Shown here: piece by piece, positions 51,064 through 58,964 of the stretch
Layout: each line of letters begins with the position of its first letter
Numbering within the stretch: position 1 is the stretch's first letter
The notes under the pieces: model-generated
Seen by the model: the letters and a program-made list of their open reading frames with translations, nothing else
Database searches by the model: none
Told to the model about the DNA's origin: nothing
Translations under genes and position numbers: made by a program
DNA from: Armatimonadota bacterium
GTDB lineage: Bacteria > Armatimonadota > Fimbriimonadia > Fimbriimonadales > GBS-DC
Direction of reading: 5' to 3'
Length of the DNA stretch: 64,000 bases
Assembly: GCA_037444405.1 (NCBI GenBank)
Contig: JBBIML010000008.1
Location: 128,001 to 192,000, forward strand

Positions 51064-51802
51064 GGTGGCTCTCCTCCTTCAGGTGGGTCAGGCGCACGCC
51101 CGTCAGCAGCTCCCGCAGCTTCTGCAGCACCTCCTGCTCCATCTGGCGCACCTCGTCGACCTTGAGCGAGAACATCTCGGCGACCTCTTCGTGCGTATGC
51201 ACGCGCTCGCCATGCAGCCCATACAGGAGCTTGATGAGCGCGCGTTCAGCAGGCAGCAGGGTCGCCAGCGCGCTCTCTAACTGCTTGCCGTCAACGCTCA
51301 GCGGGTCCAGCGCCTCGGCTTGCGCGGCGAGCGTGGCTTTCTGACGCTTCTCCCGCTCGTGCCACATGCGCACCACGCCCTCCACCTGCCGATAGTTAAC
51401 TGTCTCCACATAGTAGCCCTCCGCCCAGAAACTGCGCTTGCCGATACGCCGTTCCAGACGCGGCAACGCTTCAAACAGGCGGTGCGCTGTACCGCGCTTG
51501 ATATTGCCCACCAAATCGGTCAGCGCCACCGTCGGCTTATAACTAACCAGCAGATGCACCTGGTTCGGCTTTAGATAGTAGGCGACGAGCTGATACTCAT
51601 ATTGCTGGCAGACCTCCCGCAGCGCATGGATGAAGGCGGGGATAACCTCCTCATCTAACAGCGGCTGACGGGCGCGAGTGTAGAAAGTCGCGAGGCAATA
51701 CAAACGGTAGGCGCTCGATCCACTGGTGTGGACCTGCTCATAAGGCGACCCCGTAGTCTGTCGTGCTGGTGAACCAGCCGTCTGTTCGCGTTGTGCCGGC
51801 AT
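51056..51802 (-). CDS. Catalytically degenerate IS200/IS605 TnpA-like domain fused to sigma-70 region 4
   Basis: Residues about 25-150 are Y1-transposase-like (PNQVHLLV, LVGNIKRGTA, SFWAEGYYVETV); residues about 174-232 are sigma r4-like (LATLLPAERALIKLLYGL...THEEVAEMF...VRQMEQEVLQKLR); GGAGG RBS. Confidence 0.85.
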   Translation of the reverse strand: MPAQREQTAGSPARQTTGSPYEQVHTSGSSAYRLYCLATFYTRARQPLLDEEVIPAFIHALREVCQQYEYQLVAYYLKPNQVHLLVSYKPTVALTDLVGNIKRGTAHRLFEALPRLERRIGKRSFWAEGYYVETVNYRQVEGVVRMWHEREKRQKATLAAQAEALDPLSVDGKQLESALATLLPAERALIKLLYGLHGERVHTHEEVAEMFSLKVDEVRQMEQEVLQKLRELLTGVRLTHLKEESHHE

Positions 51803-51904
51803 TCCTTCCACGCCTCCACACAAAAAGCCCTGTACAGCCTATCTTCCATAGTATACCCCACTTCTTGCGCTCCTTCCTGCCTGCACAGGTAAAATTCCTG
51901 TGAA

Positions 51905-53278
51905 ATGGGCGCACCGAAACGACCAGTGCTGGCGATTGTGGGACGACCGAATGTGGGCAAATCGACGCTTTTTAATCGCCTGCTGGGTCGGCGGGTGGCA
52001 ATTGTGGAGGCGATACCGGGCGTGACGCGCGACCGCCTGTATGGTGAAGCCGAGTGGCAGGCTCGCCCCTTTACCGTAATCGACACGGGCGGAATCCTGT
52101 TCGGTGCGGACGACCCGCTGCTGGAGCAGGTGCGCGTGCAGGCGCAAATCGCCATCCACGAAGCCGACTGCGTGCTGTTTCTGGTGGACGCCCGCGAGGG
52201 GCTGAACCCCGTCGATGAAGAGATTGCCAATCTCCTGCGCCGCAGCGGCAAGCCTGTGCTGCTGCTGGTAAACAAAGCTGATAACCCTGCACGCTGGGAA
52301 GCCCAGCGCGCCGAGTTCTTCCGACTGGGGCTGGGCGAGCCTATCCCCATCTCCGCCATTCACGGACATAACTTGGCCGAAGTGCTGGAAGAAGCCTTCC
52401 AGCGCATCGAGGCGGACGCCGCACCCGAAGCGGAGGAAGAGGCTCTTGAGCCGCTCCGACTGGCGATTGTGGGTCGACCGAATGTGGGCAAATCGTCGCT
52501 GCTGAACGCGATCCTGAACGAGCCGCGCGCGATTGTGAGTGAGAAGGCGGGCACCACACGCGACGCGCTGGACACACCCTTCACCTGGAACGGTCAGCCG
52601 ATGGTGCTGATCGACACGGCGGGCATCCGTCGCCCCGGTCAGGTGCAGGGTTCGCTGGACTATTATGCGCAGTTGCGAGCGGAGCGCGCCCTGCAGCGCG
52701 CCGATGTCGCGCTGGTGGTCATCGACGCGAAAGAGGGGCTGACCCATCGCGACCGCCGAATCGCCCAGCTCGCCATCGACGCTGGACGCGCCTGCGTCTG
52801 GGTCGCCAACAAGTGGGACCTGGTGGAGCCGCCCGACGGTCAACTCGCCCAAAATACGCCCGCCAAACGCGACTTCATCCGACTGGTTCGGCAGAGCGCG
52901 CCCGCGCTCGATTTTGTGCCCCTCCAGTTCGTGTCGGCGCTCCATCAGGTGGGCATCGAACCACTGCTGAAAACCGCCCTGCAGGTCGCCGAGTTCCACA
53001 GCATGCGTGTCTCAACGGGCGAACTCAATCGGCTCATTCACGACGCGCTCTATGAGCGACCCTACTCGCGCAAGGGCAAGCCGCTTAAGATTTACTACGC
53101 CACGATGGCAGAGGTGCGCCCGCCCACGATTGTGCTGTTCGTGAACGACCCCGAAATTGTCCACTTCTCGTACCTGCGCTATCTGGAGAATCGGCTCCGC
53201 GAGCGATATGCCTACACGGGCACGCCCATCCGCTGGGTGGTGCGCCCCGCCCACAAGGAGCCAGAATCAACCACCTGA
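51905..53278 (+). CDS. der: Ribosome biogenesis GTPase Der (EngA)
   Basis: Two GRPNVGKS P-loops, DTGG/DTAG, NKAD/NKWD, KH-like C-terminus. Confidence 0.97.
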   Translation: MGAPKRPVLAIVGRPNVGKSTLFNRLLGRRVAIVEAIPGVTRDRLYGEAEWQARPFTVIDTGGILFGADDPLLEQVRVQAQIAIHEADCVLFLVDAREGLNPVDEEIANLLRRSGKPVLLLVNKADNPARWEAQRAEFFRLGLGEPIPISAIHGHNLAEVLEEAFQRIEADAAPEAEEEALEPLRLAIVGRPNVGKSSLLNAILNEPRAIVSEKAGTTRDALDTPFTWNGQPMVLIDTAGIRRPGQVQGSLDYYAQLRAERALQRADVALVVIDAKEGLTHRDRRIAQLAIDAGRACVWVANKWDLVEPPDGQLAQNTPAKRDFIRLVRQSAPALDFVPLQFVSALHQVGIEPLLKTALQVAEFHSMRVSTGELNRLIHDALYERPYSRKGKPLKIYYATMAEVRPPTIVLFVNDPEIVHFSYLRYLENRLRERYAYTGTPIRWVVRPAHKEPESTT

Positions 53279-53304
53279 AACCAATAAGAGCCACGCGCCG
53301 AATC

Positions 53305-53332
53305 GTAGGGGTGCGGTCACCGCGCCCCCTAC
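53305..53332. repeat. REP-like hairpin, family B (GTAG type)
   Basis: GTAGGGGTGCGG-TCA-CCGCGCCCCCTAC. Confidence 0.75.
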
Positions 53333-53370
53333 AGGGACCCCCCTGAAACCCTTTGAGTATAATAAGGGCT

Positions 53371-54156
53371 ATGCGACTGCTTGGGTGGTTGCTTGCAGGG
53401 GCGCTGATTCTCGGCGGGTGCCAGCGGGCAGATGAGCGGCAGGCGGCGGAACGCTGGCTCAAAGAAGGCGAGAAGAAGCTGCAGGCGCGCGATTACGCCG
53501 GCGCCGCCGAAGCCTTTACCCGCTATGTGAATGAACGCAATAATCTAACCGCCGCGCTCCCGGAGGTCTATCGCGCCTATGTGCGCCAGCGTGCCTTCGA
53601 ACCTGCCTATGAGTTTCTGGTGCAGTACGAGCCGCGCGCCAACGAGATTAAGGTCACGGTCGACCGCTCCGACTACTATCGTGTGCTGGGCAATCTGGCG
53701 TATCAGACAGGTAAAGTGGACGAGGCGTTCCGCTGGTACGAAAAAGCCATCCAGCTCAACAATCAGAACCACGAGGCATTCAACAACTACGCTTATGCGC
53801 TGGCGGAGCAGGGTAAAGAGCTGGAGCGCGCCCTTGAGTTAGTGAACCATGCGCTGGCGCTGCGCCCCAGCGCGGGCACCTATTACGACACGCGCGGCTG
53901 GATTTATTACAAGCTGGGGCGGTACGAGGAGGCGTTGAAAGATTTGCGTCTGGCGGTGGACACCGCACCTCAAACCGCTGAACTGCGCTATCACCTGGCA
54001 GCCATCTATGCGAAGCTGGGTCGGAAGCAGGACGCGCTGGTCGAACTCGAAAAGGCGCTCGCGCTGGACCCCAGCTACCAGCCAGCACGCGAGCTCCAGC
54101 AGTCGCTTCAGGGCGCAAAGTCCGAACCGTCCAGCAGCCACTCCGCTGCCCGATAA
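53371..54156 (+). CDS. TPR-repeat lipoprotein
   Basis: Lipobox ILGGC; TPR repeats (AFNNYAYALAE, YYDTRGWIYYKLG). Confidence 0.88.
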   Translation: MRLLGWLLAGALILGGCQRADERQAAERWLKEGEKKLQARDYAGAAEAFTRYVNERNNLTAALPEVYRAYVRQRAFEPAYEFLVQYEPRANEIKVTVDRSDYYRVLGNLAYQTGKVDEAFRWYEKAIQLNNQNHEAFNNYAYALAEQGKELERALELVNHALALRPSAGTYYDTRGWIYYKLGRYEEALKDLRLAVDTAPQTAELRYHLAAIYAKLGRKQDALVELEKALALDPSYQPARELQQSLQGAKSEPSSSHSAAR

Positions 54157-54324
54157 AACCGTTCGCAATTATCCGTCCACGAAGGATAATATACCCTTTT
54201 TTGTCCTTCGCGGAAGGATAAATCCAGCGAAGCAGGTGGGGAACCCCCCACATGACGGCTGATCGAAACAGGACTGGGCCGCTGCCCTCAGCCCGGCGAG
54301 GGTTCCCCCTCAGGCGCACCTCCC

Positions 54325-54516
54325 CTATTTGCCGCCGTACTTCTTATAGGTCGCCTCGTCCACGAACTTGGTCAGCTTGCGCCCGTTGTACTCGGCTTTC
54401 AGGGCGTAGCGCACCTGCTTCTTGCCGGACTTGGTGGTCCGCTCATACTTGACCGCCTTCACCTGATTGTCCGGCACATCAATCATCTTGCGGTCCTTCA
54501 CGCTGAAGAACTGCAT
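54325..54516 (-). CDS. Small basic protein, candidate nucleoid-associated protein
   Basis: 63 aa, Lys/Arg-rich, AAGGAGGGAGG RBS, strongly biased codons. Confidence 0.8.
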   Translation of the reverse strand: MQFFSVKDRKMIDVPDNQVKAVKYERTTKSGKKQVRYALKAEYNGRKLTKFVDEATYKKYGGK

Positions 54517-54650
54517 AGAGCCTCCCTCCTTACTGGTTGGATTACAGACAGGTTCACCTGCCTGCGTCGACTCTATTCTACACCATCCTGCACGATTCCT
54601 GCTTTTTTCAGGGGGGAATTCGGGTCAAAATCGCCTGAAAAAGGGGCATT

Positions 54651-57641
54651 TCACCATCGAATCAGTACGGGTTCGAGCGGCTGGAGGGTGAGTTGCCCAT
54701 CGATGCGCTCGCCCGTGAGGAGGTTGGTGGCGCGGATAGGCTGCTCCTTATCGTTGACAAGGCGGACGGTGATGGGTTTGCGGGTGTAGTTGCAGAGGCT
54801 GGCGATGAAGCCGCCCTGATAGGGCGCGCTGCGATAGGCAACGCCCCACGCCGGCTGACCCTCACGATCCAGCAGGCGCAACGGACGATTGATGCCCCAC
54901 TCGTTCAGCAGGCGATTCAGGCGCATGTGCAGCAGGCGGGCGTCCAGCAGCGGGTCGCGATCGATGGTCTGGATGGGCAGGCGCGAAGTGCGCGGGCGAC
55001 CGTAGCGGTCAAAGCGCAGAATCGGCTCGCCCAGCCCGGCGAACGCGCCACCCCGCTGACGATAGCTGTCCAGCGCCGCCAGCGCCGAATCGGAAATATA
55101 CTGTACTGCTGGCAGCACGATGCGCTTGCCCTCGGATGGCAGTTCGCGTGCCGCCGCCTGACGCTCGGTGATAAACCCGACGCGCACGCCCAGCATCGTC
55201 AGCGCGATATAGAGATTGTTGCGAGCCACCACCGCATCGGCGCCCTGCAACACCAGATCCAGCGGCGAGTGATACAGATAGAGATCAGGCGGCTGGTTCT
55301 GCAGCGCGGCAATATAGGGCGCGAAGCGGTTCAGATCGAGCGCGGTGTGCGCCAGCGATTCGATCAGTGCAGGGCGATGGAGCAGGCTGCCCGCGAAATC
55401 GCTGGTGGGGTCATCGGTGCGCTCCCACACCCAGAAGGTGGTCGCTGATAGCCCGTGCAGCGCCGCCTCCCACAGCGCGGCGCGCCCATGCGTGGGTGGC
55501 ACCACCCGCTGCTCCCGATCCGGGATAATGTGGTTCTCCGAGTTGAAAATGGGCGCGTCGCGCAGGGAGCGCTGCAGGTCGTGCGCCATCAGCGTGCCCA
55601 CCCAGTCGAACGCCCACTGCGCATCGGGCGCATGCAGATAGTAGAGGCTGGCGTCGTTGCCGTTCAGCTCGCAGAACGGCGCAAATAGCTCGGGATCGAT
55701 ACCTGCCCGCTGCTCCCGATCGCTCAGAAACAGCCAGCTCATCAGCTTGGCATGCACGGGCATATTCGGCAGGTCGCGTTTGACCGCCTGCGCCAGCGCA
55801 CGATGCCAGCTTGCCATCCACTCCTGATTGAACTCGCAGAACTCGGCATAGGGCGCACCTTCGGTCGGGATGGGAATCTCCTCCCAGCTCTGATAGTTCG
55901 TCTGCCAGCGGGTGTTGAGCGTGATGAGCGTCTTATGGCGGTTGCGCAGCCATTCGCGCCACTCCTTCAGCTGGAAGGGCGACTGCGGGTCTTCAATATT
56001 CACCGGTTCGTTGGAGAGGCAGATGCTGTTGAGCGCAGGCTGATTGCGCAGGTAGGGGGCGAAGCGGGCAATATAGTCGCGCAGCAGGCGCAGGCTCTGC
56101 GGGGCGAAGGTGCTGTATTGAATGAAGCCCTCACGCGGCTGGCGCAGCTCCGGATACTCCTGCAACACCCAGTCGGGCATATAGTGGGGGCTGATGAGCA
56201 AATCAACGCGCACATTCGCCTGCGCCGCGCGACGCAGCACGGGCAGGATATCGTTCTCCAGCTTCTGCAGGCTGACCTCGCCCTTGTGCGGAAAGATGTC
56301 CCGCACGCCCATCTCGATCTGGATGAGATTGAAGCCCATGCGGGGGAGCTTTTCCAGGTCTTCACGCACTTTGCCGAAGTGTCCGAATCCGACGAAGAAC
56401 ACGGGGCGTCGCTCGCGCCGTCCTGTAAGCGGGTCGATCGTGTCGGCAATCAGCGAGGCGCCGTTGATGTCCACGCGCGAGGTTATATAGCGGGGCACGG
56501 TGGGCAGGCGCCGCCTGCCGTTCAGCACCTCCTGAAGCGTGGTATCCAGCCGTTGCGCCATCGGCTCCATCTCGTCCAGCTGCTGGAAGGCGCGCGGTAG
56601 CAGCCCTTTCTGCAAATCGTCAGCCACATAGCGCACGAACTCCTGCAGGATGGTGAAGCTGGCGAGCGGGTAGGCGATATCCTGCCCGCGCTGGCGAACG
56701 GCGTTGAGCTGAGTCTGCCAGCGGGGTAGCGACTGGCGAATGGCGTCCAGTCGCTGTTGCGCTTCGCGGCGAGTGAAGAAGCGCAGCGGTCGGCTCGCTT
56801 CGACGGTGGGCTTGTCGGGCGCACTGATGCGAACCTGCAGGCGCTGGTCGCGGGTGGGCGGCTCACCGAACTGAAACACGGCGCGCACCATGCCGGCTGG
56901 CAAATCGGCTTGCTGTTCCACGCGCTGCTCGCCCAGTTGCACCTCCACGCGCACGCCCTGTGCCGCCGACGGCAGGTAGAACTCCACCGCCCCACGCCAT
57001 ACAGGGTCTGCCAGATAAACGGAATCGGGCAAATCGGCGAGCGTCAGCAGGGGGCGGTCGGGTGTTTCCGCGGGCACGAACGCGCTCATCTCGCGCCCCG
57101 CTTCAAGTTTCAGATCGTCAATATACAGTCCTTCGGTGGGCGCCTCGATGGTGATGACCAGCTCGAAGTTGGTCTCGTCGCTGGCGGTGGCGAAGGTGAT
57201 CGATGCCCGCTTCCATTGCCCGCCTGTGTCTTCGAAGGGCAATCGCACGCGCCAGTTCCTACCGCCGCCCACGAAGCCGAGATAGCTTCCCTGCGCCCTG
57301 TAGCGCACGCTCAGCGTGTAGATGCTATCGGGCTGCACGGGCACGCCACCCTCATAGCGCAATAAGCCGTACACATTGGAGCCGAACGGGGTCGTGCTGG
57401 TCAGCTTCAGGCAGCGCGCGCCCGTCGCCGCGTCGCCCTCCACGACGGTCAGGGTCGCATCGGTGTTGCGTTTGTCCCATTGCCAGCCGACGGGCAAGCC
57501 GTTCTGAACCTGTTCAAAGCTGCCGTTGCGTATCAGGTTGGGGCGAACGGGTGTGGAAATGGGGATCAGTTGCAGGCTATTCTGGGCATGAGCGGCGCCC
57601 ATCAGCAGAAACAGAATCAGCCCTCCTGTCAGCCTCCGCAT
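54651..57641 (-). CDS. Secreted GH42-like (beta-galactosidase-like) glycoside hydrolase with N-terminal carbohydrate-binding module
   Basis: Signal peptide; NLIRNGSFE...YIDDLKL CBM; HYMPDW, LSNEP, LNTRWQTNY.SWEEI, FNSENH. Confidence 0.78.
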   Translation of the reverse strand: MRRLTGGLILFLLMGAAHAQNSLQLIPISTPVRPNLIRNGSFEQVQNGLPVGWQWDKRNTDATLTVVEGDAATGARCLKLTSTTPFGSNVYGLLRYEGGVPVQPDSIYTLSVRYRAQGSYLGFVGGGRNWRVRLPFEDTGGQWKRASITFATASDETNFELVITIEAPTEGLYIDDLKLEAGREMSAFVPAETPDRPLLTLADLPDSVYLADPVWRGAVEFYLPSAAQGVRVEVQLGEQRVEQQADLPAGMVRAVFQFGEPPTRDQRLQVRISAPDKPTVEASRPLRFFTRREAQQRLDAIRQSLPRWQTQLNAVRQRGQDIAYPLASFTILQEFVRYVADDLQKGLLPRAFQQLDEMEPMAQRLDTTLQEVLNGRRRLPTVPRYITSRVDINGASLIADTIDPLTGRRERRPVFFVGFGHFGKVREDLEKLPRMGFNLIQIEMGVRDIFPHKGEVSLQKLENDILPVLRRAAQANVRVDLLISPHYMPDWVLQEYPELRQPREGFIQYSTFAPQSLRLLRDYIARFAPYLRNQPALNSICLSNEPVNIEDPQSPFQLKEWREWLRNRHKTLITLNTRWQTNYQSWEEIPIPTEGAPYAEFCEFNQEWMASWHRALAQAVKRDLPNMPVHAKLMSWLFLSDREQRAGIDPELFAPFCELNGNDASLYYLHAPDAQWAFDWVGTLMAHDLQRSLRDAPIFNSENHIIPDREQRVVPPTHGRAALWEAALHGLSATTFWVWERTDDPTSDFAGSLLHRPALIESLAHTALDLNRFAPYIAALQNQPPDLYLYHSPLDLVLQGADAVVARNNLYIALTMLGVRVGFITERQAAARELPSEGKRIVLPAVQYISDSALAALDSYRQRGGAFAGLGEPILRFDRYGRPRTSRLPIQTIDRDPLLDARLLHMRLNRLLNEWGINRPLRLLDREGQPAWGVAYRSAPYQGGFIASLCNYTRKPITVRLVNDKEQPIRATNLLTGERIDGQLTLQPLEPVLIRW

Positions 57642-57665
57642 GCGCGTCTCCCTCCATGTGATGGA

Positions 57666-57740
57666 TGGCGCCCCCGGCAGGAATCGAACCTGCGCACCAG
57701 GCTCCGGAGGCCTGCGCTCTATCCACTGAGCTACGGGGGC
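57666..57740 (-). tRNA. tRNA-Arg(CCG)
   Basis: GCCCCCGTAGCTCAGTGGATAGAGCG CAGGC-CTCCGGA-GCCTG ...GGTTCGATTCC...GGGGGCGCCA. Confidence 0.97.
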
Positions 57741-57782
57741 GCGCCCTTAATTAATACCCGAATCGGTCGGGTATAATCCACC

Positions 57783-58940
57783 GTGTCTGTGAAACATTTC
57801 ACGGAGGCGGGCATGCGCGTCCCGGAGCTGATTCTGGGCAAGGAGCTGATGCCCCTGTATGGGAAGGTGCGGAACGGCGAGCGCCTCTCCTTCGAAGATG
57901 GGCTGCTGCTCTATCGCACGCCGAACCTTTCAGGCGTCGGCTACCTGGCGAATATGGTGCGCGAGCGTCTGCACGGCAACCGCGCCTATTATATCCGCAA
58001 TCTGCACATCAACTACACCAACATCTGCAACAAGGGTTGCAAGTTCTGCTCGTTTTATGCGAAGAAGGGCGGACCGAAGCCCTACACACTCACGATGGAC
58101 GAGGTGCGCGAGCGATTGCGTGCCTATCGCGACATTCCCATCACGGAGGTGCATGTGGTCGGCGGGGTGAACCCGCGCCTGCCCTATCAATATTATCTCG
58201 ACCTCATTCACACCATCCGGCAGGAGCGCCCTGAAGTGCATATCAAAGCGTTCACGGCGGTGGAGTGGGAAGAGATAGCCCGTGTCGCCCGCAAGCCGCT
58301 TGGAGAGGTGCTGCTGGAGATGAAAGCAGCGGGGCTGGGCAGTGTGCCCGGCGGTGGTATTGAGGTGTTGAGCGACCGCGTCCACGCCGAGCTGTTCCCC
58401 AAAAAGATCGACGGCAGGCGCTGGATGGAGATTGCCCGCGAGATTGCCCGCGCGGGTTTGCCCCAGTATGCCACCCTGCTTTACGGCATGGGCGAGACGA
58501 TTGAAGAGCGCATTCAACACTTTATCGCCCTGCGCGAGCTACAGGACGAAACAGGGCACTTCCTGGCGCTGACCCCGCTCGCGTTCCATCCCGAAGGCAC
58601 CGAACTCGCACACCTGCCCCACACCACAGGCTACGACGACCTGCGCAATATCGCCGTCGCCCGCCTGATGCTCGATAACTTCCCGCATATTAAGTCATTC
58701 TGGATTATGAACACGCCTGCCGTCACGCAGGTTGCGCTCTGGTACGGCGCGGACGATGTGGATGGCACGGTGCATGAGTACGAGATTGTGTATCAGGACG
58801 ACGCGCCGGGCGTGCGCCAGCAGGTGCTGACCCGTGCGCAGCTGATTCGGCTGATTCGCGAGGCGGGGCGCGAACCTGTGGAGCGTGATAGCCTCTATAA
58901 TATCGTGCCCAGCGACAGGGAAGGCGCGCTGACCGTCTAA
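57783..58940 (+). CDS. mqnE: Aminofutalosine synthase (radical SAM, CofH/MqnE family)
   Basis: INYTNICNKGCKFC, EVHVVGG, HIKAFTAVE, TTGYDDLRNIAVARLMLDNFPHIK, YGADDVDGT, PVERDSLY. Confidence 0.85.
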   Translation: MSVKHFTEAGMRVPELILGKELMPLYGKVRNGERLSFEDGLLLYRTPNLSGVGYLANMVRERLHGNRAYYIRNLHINYTNICNKGCKFCSFYAKKGGPKPYTLTMDEVRERLRAYRDIPITEVHVVGGVNPRLPYQYYLDLIHTIRQERPEVHIKAFTAVEWEEIARVARKPLGEVLLEMKAAGLGSVPGGGIEVLSDRVHAELFPKKIDGRRWMEIAREIARAGLPQYATLLYGMGETIEERIQHFIALRELQDETGHFLALTPLAFHPEGTELAHLPHTTGYDDLRNIAVARLMLDNFPHIKSFWIMNTPAVTQVALWYGADDVDGTVHEYEIVYQDDAPGVRQQVLTRAQLIRLIREAGREPVERDSLYNIVPSDREGALTV

Positions 58941-58964
58941 ACCTCCGCATGGAGGGACTGAACG

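Noticed and set aside
51056..51290. A true sigma factor
   Set aside because: Only region 4 is present; no region 2 for core binding and -10 melting.
51056..51823. Active IS200/IS605 insertion sequence
   Set aside because: HUH His and catalytic Tyr are substituted, no tnpB or terminal hairpins are visible, and the gene is coupled to hinT.
54168..54222. CRISPR mini-array or dif site
   Set aside because: Only two imperfect units with a 9 bp gap, no cas genes, and no match to the XerC/XerD dif layout.
54232..54324. SRP RNA or 6S RNA
   Set aside because: No SRP helix-8 CAGG-GRAA-AGCA motif, and too short for the 6S closing stem, bubble and apical stem layout; kept only as an unassigned structure.
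57666..57740. tRNA-anchored genomic island or prophage
   Set aside because: No integrase, phage genes or duplicated tRNA 3' end seen near any of the three tRNAs.
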